NCBI GenBank assembly: GCA_965206595.1
Contig: OZ242214.1
Span: 6,304,001 to 6,368,000, forward strand
Origin: Candidatus Latescibacterota bacterium
Lineage (GTDB): Bacteria > Latescibacterota > UBA2968 > UBA8231
Direction of reading: 5' to 3'
Length of the DNA: 64,000 bases
Part shown: piece by piece, positions 41,873-51,336 of the stretch
How positions within the stretch are numbered: position 1 is the stretch's first letter
How the letters are laid out: each line of letters begins with the position of its first letter
The notes under the pieces: model-generated
The model's input: only the letters and a program-made list of their open reading frames with translations
What the model was told of the DNA's origin: nothing
Database searches by the model: none
Translations under genes and position numbers: made by a program

Positions 41873-42121
41873 CGGTATCCGCGGCGGCGGCCCCGGCCTA
41901 CGGTGCATTGGCGCGTATGCAAGCGAACAAACGAGGGCGCCGAAGCGCCCGGTTCGGAAAGCACCCGAGCGAGTAGTACGAGGTAGTGAGTGCGGCAAGC
42001 AAAGGCAATGTAGCGAGCGGGTCGGCAGCGGGGGACGGATTCACGCGGAATTGCGCGCGCAGGCACCGGACCGTGCATGGCTCTGTGCGGTAGGAATCGC
42101 ACCTGGCCGCGGTTTTCCCCT

Positions 42122-43585
42122 TCAGAAGTTGGAGAAAGGGTAGATCTTCCGCCCCAGCCGCTGAAACTCCACCACGTCGGCGGAGTGCACCGAGGGCTCG
42201 TCCACGACCTGGATGCTGCCGGCGAAAGGCTCGAACCCGGCGCGGAAGTGGGCGGACGACTTGATGCCGAGGTAGCGCATCTCGCGGGGGTCGAGGGCCA
42301 GCGACTCGCACAGGGCGGTGTCGAACGGCTGCTCGCGCTCGCTGACGAGGATGACGTGCACCCCGTCCTGGACGATGTGCGCGCACCGCCCCATGAAACC
42401 GTCGAGTCCGGCGTTGCGGGGCCCGCGGTAGGTGAAGTGCCCGTCCGACAGGGCGACGACTTCGGCCCTCATCTCTACCGGCTCTCCCTGCAGCGGCGTC
42501 GACTTGGCCCCGACCTTCATCTCAACGGTCGCCCCGACACCGGCCTCGTGGCATATCGCCGCGGCCTCGGGATCGACCATGTAGAGCACGCAGGCGTCGC
42601 GCAGGCCGGCCTCGAGGAAGGTGCGCAGTTGCCCGGTGCTGTCGCCGGGAGAGCCGCCTCCGGTGTTGTCGTTGCGGTCGGCGAAGATCGCCGGGTAGCG
42701 CCCGATCCTGTCGGCCTCGACCATGGCTTTGGAAGTGGACTGCGACGACCCCGGCCACTGGGCGCGCCGTTCCCAGATCCAGGCCCCCAGCTCGTCGGCC
42801 AGCTCCTGGGCGCGGCCGCGGTCGCCGTCGGTGGCCAGGTAGACGGAAGCCCCCATGTCGGGGTGGTCTGCCAGGGGGTAGCAGGTGGCGATCGAGCAGC
42901 AGAGCACCTCGGGCAGGGCCTCGATGCGCTCGAGCTCGGCGATGGCGGCATTCATCGGCGGGTGCGCGGTCACCTGGTTCAGCCCCCAGCAGAGCGGCAG
43001 CTGGTGCAGGGCGAGAGCCGGTTTCAGGCCCTCGCTCAGCATGCGGTGGAGGATGCCGGCGCACTGGCGGGCGCGCTCGTCCTGGTCGATCTCGGGATAG
43101 GTGCGGTGGCCGAGCAGCACGTCGATGGTCTCCACCATGCGCGGCGACACGTTCGAGTGGATGTCGAGCTGGGCGATGACGGGAACCGACGGGCCGACGA
43201 GGTCGCGCACCGCGGCGAAGATGTGACCCTCGCCGTCGTCGATCCCCTCGGCGACCATCGACCCGTGCACGTCGAGGAGCACACCGTCGACGGGGCCGAT
43301 CTCCCGCATGGAGGAGAGCATGTCGTCGAGGATCTCGTCGAAGATCGCCCGCGGCGTCGGGCCGCTCGGGTGGGCGTTGGCGAAGATCGTCGGCACCAGC
43401 TCGAAGCCGTGCTCCTCGGCGCCGGCGAGAAAGCCCCCGACCGCGGAGTTGGTGCCGCGGAACTTGGCGAAGACCTCCTGGCCGCGCAGGTACCCGAAGC
43501 GCTCGTTGCGGTAGCTGTCCCAGTTGGTCTCCACGGTCGTGAAGGTGCTGGTTTCGTGGCCGATGGTTCCCGTCGCGACTTTCAT
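42122..43585 (-). CDS. M81 (MlrC-like) metallopeptidase
   Basis: HETSTF, LDVHGSM, DGEG, LDIHSN, RTYPEID, DNTGGG..GD and KSSAHFRA motifs. Confidence 0.9.
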   Translation of the reverse strand: MKVATGTIGHETSTFTTVETNWDSYRNERFGYLRGQEVFAKFRGTNSAVGGFLAGAEEHGFELVPTIFANAHPSGPTPRAIFDEILDDMLSSMREIGPVDGVLLDVHGSMVAEGIDDGEGHIFAAVRDLVGPSVPVIAQLDIHSNVSPRMVETIDVLLGHRTYPEIDQDERARQCAGILHRMLSEGLKPALALHQLPLCWGLNQVTAHPPMNAAIAELERIEALPEVLCCSIATCYPLADHPDMGASVYLATDGDRGRAQELADELGAWIWERRAQWPGSSQSTSKAMVEADRIGRYPAIFADRNDNTGGGSPGDSTGQLRTFLEAGLRDACVLYMVDPEAAAICHEAGVGATVEMKVGAKSTPLQGEPVEMRAEVVALSDGHFTYRGPRNAGLDGFMGRCAHIVQDGVHVILVSEREQPFDTALCESLALDPREMRYLGIKSSAHFRAGFEPFAGSIQVVDEPSVHSADVVEFQRLGRKIYPFSNF

Positions 43586-43705
43586 GCGTCCCTCTTTCCG
43601 GATGGGCGGTGCCTGCCTTCTCTTGCGATCACCCGCGGCCATGAACTTGATTCAGCGCGCGGCACGACACCAGAGCAGCGCCACTTCCGAGAGAAAGGTT
43701 TTCCC

Positions 43706-44470
43706 ATGAGAAAGAGCAAGGTGCTGGCCCGCATCCGCGCCGGAGAGACGGTGCGCATCTGCGGCCTCGGCAGCTTCATTCCATCCTACGTCCGCCACGC
43801 CGCCCACTTCGGGTTCGACTGCATCTGGTTCGATCTCGAGCACCGGGCCATGGAACAAAGGGAGGTGCAGGGGATGTTGGGGTTCTTCCACCTCTTCGAC
43901 ATCGACTGCATGCTGCGCTCGCCGACCCTGGAGCGGGTGCGCCTCTACCGCTATCTCGAAGACGGCGCCACCGGCCTGATGTTCCCCCACGTCACCACCG
44001 AGGAGGACGCGCGCTGGATCGTCGAGGCGACCCGGTTCCCGCCGCTGGGGAACCGCGGCTTCGACGGGGCCGGCCTCGACAGCGACTACGCCCTGCAGGG
44101 TGGAGCCGACTACCCGCGGCAGGCGAACGAGGAGACCTTCATCGTCGTCCAGATCGAGTCGCCGCAGGCGGTCGCCAATGTCGATGCCATCGCCGCGGTC
44201 GAAGGGGTGGACGGCCTGTTCGTAGGCCCGGGCGACCTGTCCCTGAGACTGCAGCACGACGGCTCGATGACCCTGGAGGAGGCCGAGGACCGCGTCGCCG
44301 AGGCTGCCGCGAAACACGGCAAGGTCTGGGGACGTCCGGCGCTAAACCGGGAAATGATCGGGAGCCTTCACGAGCGCGGGGCCCGCCTGATCGCCCACGG
44401 CGGCGAGTTCCCCGCCATCCTCGAGAAGCTCGAGCAGACCCGGAAGTGGTTCGACGAGGTCCTGAAGTGA
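43706..44470 (+). CDS. HpcH/HpaI aldolase family protein
   Basis: GFDCIWFDLEH, FPPLGNRG, VQIES and DGLFVGPGDLS motifs. Confidence 0.9.
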   Translation: MRKSKVLARIRAGETVRICGLGSFIPSYVRHAAHFGFDCIWFDLEHRAMEQREVQGMLGFFHLFDIDCMLRSPTLERVRLYRYLEDGATGLMFPHVTTEEDARWIVEATRFPPLGNRGFDGAGLDSDYALQGGADYPRQANEETFIVVQIESPQAVANVDAIAAVEGVDGLFVGPGDLSLRLQHDGSMTLEEAEDRVAEAAAKHGKVWGRPALNREMIGSLHERGARLIAHGGEFPAILEKLEQTRKWFDEVLK

Positions 44471-46530
44471 GCCTCCGACGCAGCCTGCTGCTCAACGGCG
44501 AGTGGGAGTTCGCCGAAGGGGGGGACGGCGCCGCCCCCGAGGGGGGCTGGCGGCGGGTGCGGGTGCCGCACCGTTCGCGCGAGTTCGAGGAGGATCCCCC
44601 CGTCTCGGGGTGGTACCGGACCTCGCTCGCGGCCCCGGAGGGCTGGGAGACCGGCGACGGCCGGCGCCTCTTGCTCGATCTCGACCGGGTGCGCCACTAC
44701 GGCCGCGCCTGCCTCGACGGCGAAACCGTCGGGGAGCACCACCACCTGCGCCTGCCGTGGCTCATCGACCTGACGGACCGCGCCGCTCCCGGCACGGAGC
44801 ACGAGCTGGTCCTGTTCACGCACGCCTGCCGCGGCCGCTATGCCCATCCCGATGCCGAGGAGCTCAGCGAGGCCGCGGAGATGGCCCTCGACACCCGCTT
44901 CTGGCGCACCAGCGCCGCCACCGTCGGCATCGAGGGGGACGTCTGGCTGCGCTGCCGGCCGCTCGTCCACTTGGCGGATCCGTACGCGACCACTTCCGTT
45001 CGCGGGAAGACCCTGTCGGCCGAGGTGACGGTCCGCAACGACGGCCCCGAGCGCTTCAGCGGCCTGGTCACCTGGGAGGTGGCGCGCGCCGGCGAGACGG
45101 TGCTGCCGCTGCCGCCGCGGGAAGTCGAGGTAGGGCCCGGCGAAACCGCAACGGTCGCCTGCGCCGAAGAGTGGACGGATGCCGTGCCCTGGGGGCGGCC
45201 GCCGTACGGGGAGCCGGTGCTCTACTTCCTGCGCATCGACCTTTCCTCGGACGAGGGGCAGGTCGACGGCGACATCGCCCGCTTCGGCTTTCGCGAGATC
45301 CGCGCCGACGGGGAGCGGCTGCTGCTCAACGGCGAGCAGTTGATGCCGTGGGGGGACCACACCGTCCCCTACGTGTACGAGCGCCAGTGGCTGACGCGGA
45401 AGTTCAGCGACCTCGCCGCGGCCAACGTCAGCATCGTCGAGCACCACCGCTACGACCCGCCGTCGGTCTTCTACGACGTCGCCGACGAGTCGGGGACCTT
45501 CGTCGTCGGCGCCAACTTCTGCGTCGGCACCGGCCAGGTCTTCCCGGAGGATCTCGAAGAATCGGAAGCGAGCCTGGTGATGGAGAACCACCTCGTCGTC
45601 GCCGACGCCTGGATCCGCCGGACGCGCAACCATCCCTCGATCCTGTTCTGGGACGTCACCGACGCCCGCGACCCCGCCTTCTGCGTGCCCCTGCTGCGCA
45701 AGGTGAAGGAGCTCGACCGGACCCGCGTCGCCGAGGTCACCTTCGACCCCGGGGTCGCCGACTCCGAGCTCGTCGAGCTGATCGACTGCTACCGCCTGTT
45801 CAGCGGCCTGGAGCAGATCGAGGCAGCCGTCGAGGCGGTGCGCAACGACCCGGCGCTGCCGCGCAAGCCGGTACGGGTCGGGGAGGCCGGCATCTTCGAG
45901 TCCGGCCGCTGGGACCTGGATGGAGAACCCCCGCTGATGGAGGGGTGGTGGGACTTCCTGCTGAGCATGCCCGGGCGCAACATCCACGGCCTGCAGACCT
46001 TCTTCCTCGCCGACATGGATTACCGCGGGTTCACCGGCGACGTCCCCGGGAGCCTGGCGGCCCCGGTGGAGCCGCAGGTCAGCTGGCCCTCCCAGTCCGG
46101 CGCCGACGCCCGCATCGACCCGTTCGGCGAGGGCACGCAGGCCGCCTGGGGCAAGGCCGCTCTCTACCTCAACTGGTGCGACCCTGCCCAGCCGCTCGTC
46201 GTCGAGACCGCGACCCGCCAATGGTCGCGCGACCTCTACCGCCGGCTCGCCGGCCGGGACGTCGGGCCGCTCAATTCCCGTCGTCCGCCCGAAGTGATCG
46301 TCGAGACCGCCCGGCCGCGAGCCCCGGTGTTCGTCGAGCCGCTCGCCGGTCAGGCGGTGGCCCCGTTCGGGGTGCGCGCCGACGGCGACGGCAGGAGCTG
46401 GTTCGTGCTTCCCGAACCGGGGCCGTACCGGTTCACCTGCGGACCCGCGGCAGTCGAGGTGGCGGCGCGGGATCAGCCGGTCGACGCCCCGCCGGGGTAC
46501 GGCCACGTCCAGTGGGTCTCGATGGACTGA
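44467..46530 (+). CDS. Glycoside hydrolase family 2-like protein
   Basis: LNGEWEF, GWYR, GI.GDVWL, FGFREI...LLLNG and RNHPSILFW motifs. The GTG start overlaps the aldolase stop. Confidence 0.75.
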   Translation: MSLRRSLLLNGEWEFAEGGDGAAPEGGWRRVRVPHRSREFEEDPPVSGWYRTSLAAPEGWETGDGRRLLLDLDRVRHYGRACLDGETVGEHHHLRLPWLIDLTDRAAPGTEHELVLFTHACRGRYAHPDAEELSEAAEMALDTRFWRTSAATVGIEGDVWLRCRPLVHLADPYATTSVRGKTLSAEVTVRNDGPERFSGLVTWEVARAGETVLPLPPREVEVGPGETATVACAEEWTDAVPWGRPPYGEPVLYFLRIDLSSDEGQVDGDIARFGFREIRADGERLLLNGEQLMPWGDHTVPYVYERQWLTRKFSDLAAANVSIVEHHRYDPPSVFYDVADESGTFVVGANFCVGTGQVFPEDLEESEASLVMENHLVVADAWIRRTRNHPSILFWDVTDARDPAFCVPLLRKVKELDRTRVAEVTFDPGVADSELVELIDCYRLFSGLEQIEAAVEAVRNDPALPRKPVRVGEAGIFESGRWDLDGEPPLMEGWWDFLLSMPGRNIHGLQTFFLADMDYRGFTGDVPGSLAAPVEPQVSWPSQSGADARIDPFGEGTQAAWGKAALYLNWCDPAQPLVVETATRQWSRDLYRRLAGRDVGPLNSRRPPEVIVETARPRAPVFVEPLAGQAVAPFGVRADGDGRSWFVLPEPGPYRFTCGPAAVEVAARDQPVDAPPGYGHVQWVSMD

Positions 46531-46609
46531 ACTCCGAGCATCGCCCCGGCCCGCAGACCCGAGCCTCAGCTTCCCATCCCGACTCTGCGCCCTGCCTGTG
46601 TCGTCCGCC

Positions 46610-46701
46610 ATTCGACAATTCGACGCTGTCCAAACCGGCAATTGGACGCTACATTAACCGGCAATTGGACGCTGAAATAACCGACAAATGGACGCAGATC
46701 G
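46610..46701 (+). repeat. Four tandem 23-bp iteron/operator-like repeats overlapping the downstream start codon
   Basis: attcgacaattcgacgctgtcca / aaccggcaattggacgctacatt / aaccggcaattggacgctgaaat / aaccgacaaatggacgcagatcg. Confidence 0.8.
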
Positions 46702-47935
46702 ATCTCTGTTTCACCGCTCGCTGGCCCCCGTCCTCGGGGAGGCCCTGGCCGACACGCCGGTGGTCTGTCTCCTCGGGCCTCGGCAAAGCGGAAAAACCAC
46801 GCTCGTGCAGCAACTTGCTTCCGAGCGTGCGTTCGTCAGCCTGGACGAGCACAACTACTACCAGAACGCCGGTGCCGACCCGGACGGTTTCGTCGCCAGC
46901 CTGCCGGAAGAGGTGACCCTGGACGAGGTCCAACGGGTACCGGCACTGCTCACCGCCATCAAACGGGCAGTGGATCAGGACCGGCGTCCAGGCCGTTTTC
47001 TGCTGACCGGTTCGGCCAACCTTATGCTGGTGCCGACCGTTACCGAATCCCTTGCGGGACGAATGGAAATGGCGCAGTTGCACCCATTGACCGAATCGGA
47101 GAAGGAGCGCCTGCCCGGGCGTTTCCTCGGCGACCTGCTGAACGGGGCGCTCGAACCGGGAATCCGGCCCGGGGCGGAACCTTCCGGGCCATCGTTGCCG
47201 GAGCGACTGGTTGCCGGCGGCTATCCGGAGCCGCTGACCCGCGCACCCGGCCGCGCCCGGCAATGGCACCGGCAGTACCTGCGCAGCATCATCGAGCGGG
47301 ACGTGCAGGAAGTGGCGCGGGTGAGAGATGCCCGCGAGCTTGCCCGCCTGCTGGAGCTGTTGGCCCTGCGCAGCGCCGAACTGCTCAACACACTCAACCT
47401 GGCCAGCATCCTCGGACTGCACCGGGAAACGGTGGATCACTACATCGCCGTGCTCGAGCGGCTCTTCCTGGTGCGGCGACTGCCCGCGTGGAACCGCAAC
47501 CCGGCCAAACGGCTCGTCAAGGCGCCGAAGGTCCATCTGCTCGACAGCGGGCTGGCGGCGACCCTCGCCGGCCTGAGCGGGGTCGACTGGCTCCGCCGCC
47601 GGGACCGCATGGGACATCTGCTGGAGTCCTTCGTTGTGCAGCAGCTCATCGCCCAGGCAACCTGGACGGAACCGGACCTGCGGTTCTGGCATTATCGGGA
47701 CAAGGACGGCGTGGAGGTCGACGTGGTCCTTACGCGAGGCAGCAGGACCTGGGGTGTCGAGGTCAAGGCCGGCCGCACGCTCGGCCCCGAAGACGGGCAG
47801 GGCCTCATGCGGCTGGCTTCCCGCTGCGGGGAGGATTTCGAGTCGGGGGTGCTGCTCTACGCCGGCCGCGACCGGCTGCGGTTGGCCGGCGGGCGCCTGC
47901 TCGCCGTGCCGCTGAGCGAGTTGTGGGAGCGGTAG
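46688..47935 (+). CDS. AAA_14 ATPase with DUF4143 (HTH plus PD-(D/E)xK-like C-terminus)
   Basis: GPRQSGKTT, LDEVQR, FLLTGSA, GGYPE, K.PKVHLLDSGL and EVDVV...GVEVKAG motifs. Confidence 0.9.
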   Translation: MDADRSLFHRSLAPVLGEALADTPVVCLLGPRQSGKTTLVQQLASERAFVSLDEHNYYQNAGADPDGFVASLPEEVTLDEVQRVPALLTAIKRAVDQDRRPGRFLLTGSANLMLVPTVTESLAGRMEMAQLHPLTESEKERLPGRFLGDLLNGALEPGIRPGAEPSGPSLPERLVAGGYPEPLTRAPGRARQWHRQYLRSIIERDVQEVARVRDARELARLLELLALRSAELLNTLNLASILGLHRETVDHYIAVLERLFLVRRLPAWNRNPAKRLVKAPKVHLLDSGLAATLAGLSGVDWLRRRDRMGHLLESFVVQQLIAQATWTEPDLRFWHYRDKDGVEVDVVLTRGSRTWGVEVKAGRTLGPEDGQGLMRLASRCGEDFESGVLLYAGRDRLRLAGGRLLAVPLSELWER

Positions 47936-48230
47936 GTATGGACCCCTCCTGCATCCATCCGGAGGCAACCGGCAAATCGAGCCGGAATGCCTCCATTATG
48001 GATATTTGACGTACTGCCCACGCCCACCCTGATGCCATATTCTGGCAGAAGGAGAACAACCCCTAATGGATATGGATATTGACGTACTGGCCCACAGTAG
48101 CGCGGATTCGGCGCCTTCTCATCCCGGTTGCCTGCCCGATCCGGAAGGCGGCCAAGCGGCAGGGGCAATTGGCGGCTCCCCCTGCCGCAAACGACTTCAT
48201 CCACCGGCAGCCTGAGCGGAGCAAATACCA

Positions 48231-49097
48231 ATGAACGATGATGGACCGACCCCCCTGCGCCTGCTGACGATCACGGCGCACCCGCACGACGTGACCTACA
48301 CCCTGGGAACATCCGCCCACCACGTCGAGCGCGGGGACAGCGTCACCGTCGTTTCGCTGAGCGACGGGGTCACCACCCACGACGAGGAGCTCGAAGACGA
48401 GATGCGCAAGCCCGCGGAGGAACGCCGCGCCGAGATCCTCGAGCGCCCGCGCGGCGAGCAGGCGGAGCGCAAACAGGAAGAGCTGCAGCGGGTCTGCGCC
48501 CTGTTCGGGATCGAGGACGCCCGCGTCCTGCCGTTCGCCGATCACCCCCTCGATTCGTCGCCGCAGCTGATCGAGGCCCTGACCGACATCTTCTACGAGG
48601 TCCGCCCCCAGATCGTCATAACCCACGCCCCCTACAACTACCCCCACAGGAACATGTTCAGCCTGTGGGACGGCGATCACCCGCTGGCGGGCAAGCTCGT
48701 CCAGCAGGCGATGCAGCGCGTCGCCCAGCCGGACAGGCGCCGGGAGCGCTCGCTGCACCAGGTTGCCCAGGTCTACTACATCGGGGTGGAGTTCGGCTGG
48801 ACGGACATCGACCTGTTCGTCGACATCTCCGACCAGGTGGCGCGGCGGATCGAGGCCGAGGCGCTGTACGAGACCCAGGGCCACACCGCCGGGTTTTCAC
48901 GCAAGCGGATCGAGTCGTTCGCCGGATACCACGGCTGGTTCGGGCGCACGGGGTACGCCGAGCCGTTCATCAGGCAGAGCGGGCAGACCAGCGACTGCCT
49001 CACCGTCACCGCCAACGATCTCAGGCGGGCGCAGATGACCGGCAGGGAGAATCTCGATCAGATGGGGCAGTTCGCCAGCGCCGATTCGCAGGAATAG
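48231..49097 (+). CDS. PIG-L/LmbE family deacetylase-like protein
   Basis: ITAHPHD, RPQIVITH, DH and VDISD motifs. Confidence 0.82.
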   Translation: MNDDGPTPLRLLTITAHPHDVTYTLGTSAHHVERGDSVTVVSLSDGVTTHDEELEDEMRKPAEERRAEILERPRGEQAERKQEELQRVCALFGIEDARVLPFADHPLDSSPQLIEALTDIFYEVRPQIVITHAPYNYPHRNMFSLWDGDHPLAGKLVQQAMQRVAQPDRRRERSLHQVAQVYYIGVEFGWTDIDLFVDISDQVARRIEAEALYETQGHTAGFSRKRIESFAGYHGWFGRTGYAEPFIRQSGQTSDCLTVTANDLRRAQMTGRENLDQMGQFASADSQE

Positions 49098-49286
49098 TCC
49101 TGATTCTGGGTCGGTGGCAACACCAGAGGCATTTTTCAGATGCTGGACTTGTGGGCGTTCATACGGTGCACGGGGGCGCTGCGGCCGTTCTTCTCTGCGG
49201 GGGGACAGCTCCTTGACGGAGAATCCCCAAAAGGACCTTAGTTTATCTGATTCCTTGTCATTTGAAGATGTTGTGGGGATGATATC

Positions 49287-50555
49287 ATGATCCGACGCAT
49301 TCAGGCACTCAATTTCCGGTGTTTACGGTACGTCGATGTCGAGCTTGGCCGCTTCCACATCCTGGTGGGCCCCAACGCTAGCGGCAAGAGCACCCTGTTT
49401 GATGTTATCGCTTTTCTCGGCGATTTGGTATCGAATGGGCTCGAAGCCGCGGTGGAAAGCCGCACAAGCAATTTCCAGGATCTGGTGTGGGGGCGGCCAA
49501 GGGACCGTCTCAGTTTCGAGCTGGCGGTAGAGTTCGACATCCCGGAGCATCTCCGTGAACAATTACCGCGGGACAGAGACTATCGGGTCTTTCGTTACGA
49601 AGTGGCAGTTCGAGAAACAGATGGCGACATCAGAATCGACTCTGAACGAGGTTTGCTCGCCCCTGCGCAAGAACGACAATCGTCGATCCAACGGGAGATG
49701 TTCCCCGATCCGATGCAGCCACCCCGGTCCATACTGGTAGGAGGCAATCGCCGTGGGCTACGGACTATATTGAGCAAGTCAAGTCAGGCGAAGGACAATT
49801 TTAACGTGGAAACGTCCTCCAAGTCCGGAAAGGGATGGGCGACAAGTATCGCCTTCGGACACCGTCGTTCGGCGCTTGGAAATCTCCCCGAGTCTCCGAC
49901 GAGTTTTCCCGTCGCGACGTATGTGAAGAAGATATTGGGGAGTTCGATAAAGTTGCTCTTTCTTGACAGTCTTCGCATGCGAGAGGCGAGTCCGCCGGCC
50001 AGGCACGAGGCTGGCATCGCACAGGACGGATCGAATCTTCCTTGGATTATCAAGAAACTCGAACGGGAGCACCCCGAATCTTACCGGGAATGGTTGTCAC
50101 ACATTCAAACGACGCTCTCGGAATTGGAATACGTCGGCGTCGTCGAGCGCGAAGACGACCGCCACGCGTACCTGAGGCTTCGCTACAAGTCGGGGGTCGA
50201 GGTTCCGTCGTGGATGGCATCCGACGGCACGCTCCGACTTCTGGCCTTGACGGTTCCTGCGTATTTACCCGGATCAGATGAGATATACATTCTAGAAGAA
50301 CCCGAGAACGGGATTCATCCACTGGCGGTCGATTGCGTCTTTCAGTCACTAAGTTCGGTCTACGAATCACAAGTTCTGCTTGCTACCCACTCACCCGTCG
50401 TGCTGAGGATGGCCGCTTTGGAAGAAGCGCTCTGCTTTGCGAAGAATTCCGCCGGCGCAACCGATGTCGTGCGGGGTGACGATCATCCACGTCTCAAGAA
50501 CTGGAGGGATTCGCCCAACATGGATGTCCTTTTCGCCTCCGGCGTGATTGGATGA
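49287..50555 (+). CDS. ABC/AAA_21-type ATPase, MADS MAD3-like
   Basis: NFRCLR, GPNASGKST, ASDGTLRLLAL, LEEPENGIHP and ATHSP motifs. The MAD3 likeness is from recall of the family. Confidence 0.82.
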   Translation: MIRRIQALNFRCLRYVDVELGRFHILVGPNASGKSTLFDVIAFLGDLVSNGLEAAVESRTSNFQDLVWGRPRDRLSFELAVEFDIPEHLREQLPRDRDYRVFRYEVAVRETDGDIRIDSERGLLAPAQERQSSIQREMFPDPMQPPRSILVGGNRRGLRTILSKSSQAKDNFNVETSSKSGKGWATSIAFGHRRSALGNLPESPTSFPVATYVKKILGSSIKLLFLDSLRMREASPPARHEAGIAQDGSNLPWIIKKLEREHPESYREWLSHIQTTLSELEYVGVVEREDDRHAYLRLRYKSGVEVPSWMASDGTLRLLALTVPAYLPGSDEIYILEEPENGIHPLAVDCVFQSLSSVYESQVLLATHSPVVLRMAALEEALCFAKNSAGATDVVRGDDHPRLKNWRDSPNMDVLFASGVIG

Positions 50556-51187
50556 TCAGCGCGGATCCCAAAGATCTCTTCGTGCTTGCGGCCGACTTGG
50601 AGTTGGCTAATGCTCTGGAGGGGTTACTGTCTCGCTCAAGGGATCTAGGTATCGAAGATATTGAATTCGACATTGAGCGCCACATAAACAGAGACAGTGG
50701 TTGCCGTAGTGAGGCGGTCGAGTATTTGAGACCATATCTTGGCAGGTATCGATATGCGTTGATAGTCTTTGATTATCATGGTTGCGGAAGTTCGCTTCCG
50801 AGAGAGGGTATTCAACGAAACCTCGAAAAGCAGCTGGCACGGAACGGATGGGAGAATGGTGCGAAAGTAATTGTAATCGATCCGGAGCTCGAAGTGTGGG
50901 TCTGGAGCCATTCTCCTACAGTTTCTCGAGTGTTGGGATGGGACGATCGCTACCCTGAGTTGCGACGATGGCTGGGTGACCAGCAATTGTGGCCGCCTGG
51001 CGACTCAAAGCCGACCCATCCAAAAAAGGCAATGAGAGAAGCAATGCGGCATGGAAGAGTGCAAAGATCCGCACGCAAGTTTTCTGAACTTGCGACCGCG
51101 GTAGAACTTGACGGTTGTCGGGACCCTGCTTTCAACGAGCTGAAGACAACCCTGCGCCGATGGTTTTCGCTCGAAACTCGTAAATGA
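50552..51187 (+). CDS. MAD4/DUF4276-like (RloB/TOPRIM-like) ATPase partner protein
   Basis: ATGA overlap with the ATPase, plus DL.VLAAD, H..RDSGC, VFDYHGCG, IDPELEVWVW, PK.A and C.DPAF..L motifs. Confidence 0.7.
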   Translation: MISADPKDLFVLAADLELANALEGLLSRSRDLGIEDIEFDIERHINRDSGCRSEAVEYLRPYLGRYRYALIVFDYHGCGSSLPREGIQRNLEKQLARNGWENGAKVIVIDPELEVWVWSHSPTVSRVLGWDDRYPELRRWLGDQQLWPPGDSKPTHPKKAMREAMRHGRVQRSARKFSELATAVELDGCRDPAFNELKTTLRRWFSLETRK

Positions 51188-51336
51188 GTAGGTAGGAATG
51201 CGAGAGTTGGCGAGGTGGTTGACCGATTCTGGATGTCGCTGGCATCAGTGATCAGTGATCTGATCGTTTAACTAGCCAAGGGGGAGTCAAGGTCCCACTA
51301 CCTCGCTTCGTCCTCTATCATCAACGATGATCCCGG

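Noticed and set aside
14340-46916. Very long alternative-frame or antisense ORFs (e.g. 14340-17723, 28770-30764, 39158-41986, 44502-46916)
   Set aside because: They are Arg/Pro/Gly-rich shadows of real genes, expected at high GC3, and carry no family motifs.
46610-48095. CRISPR array from the 23-bp or 25-bp repeats
   Set aside because: The first set has no spacers, the second has only two imperfect copies, and no cas genes are present.
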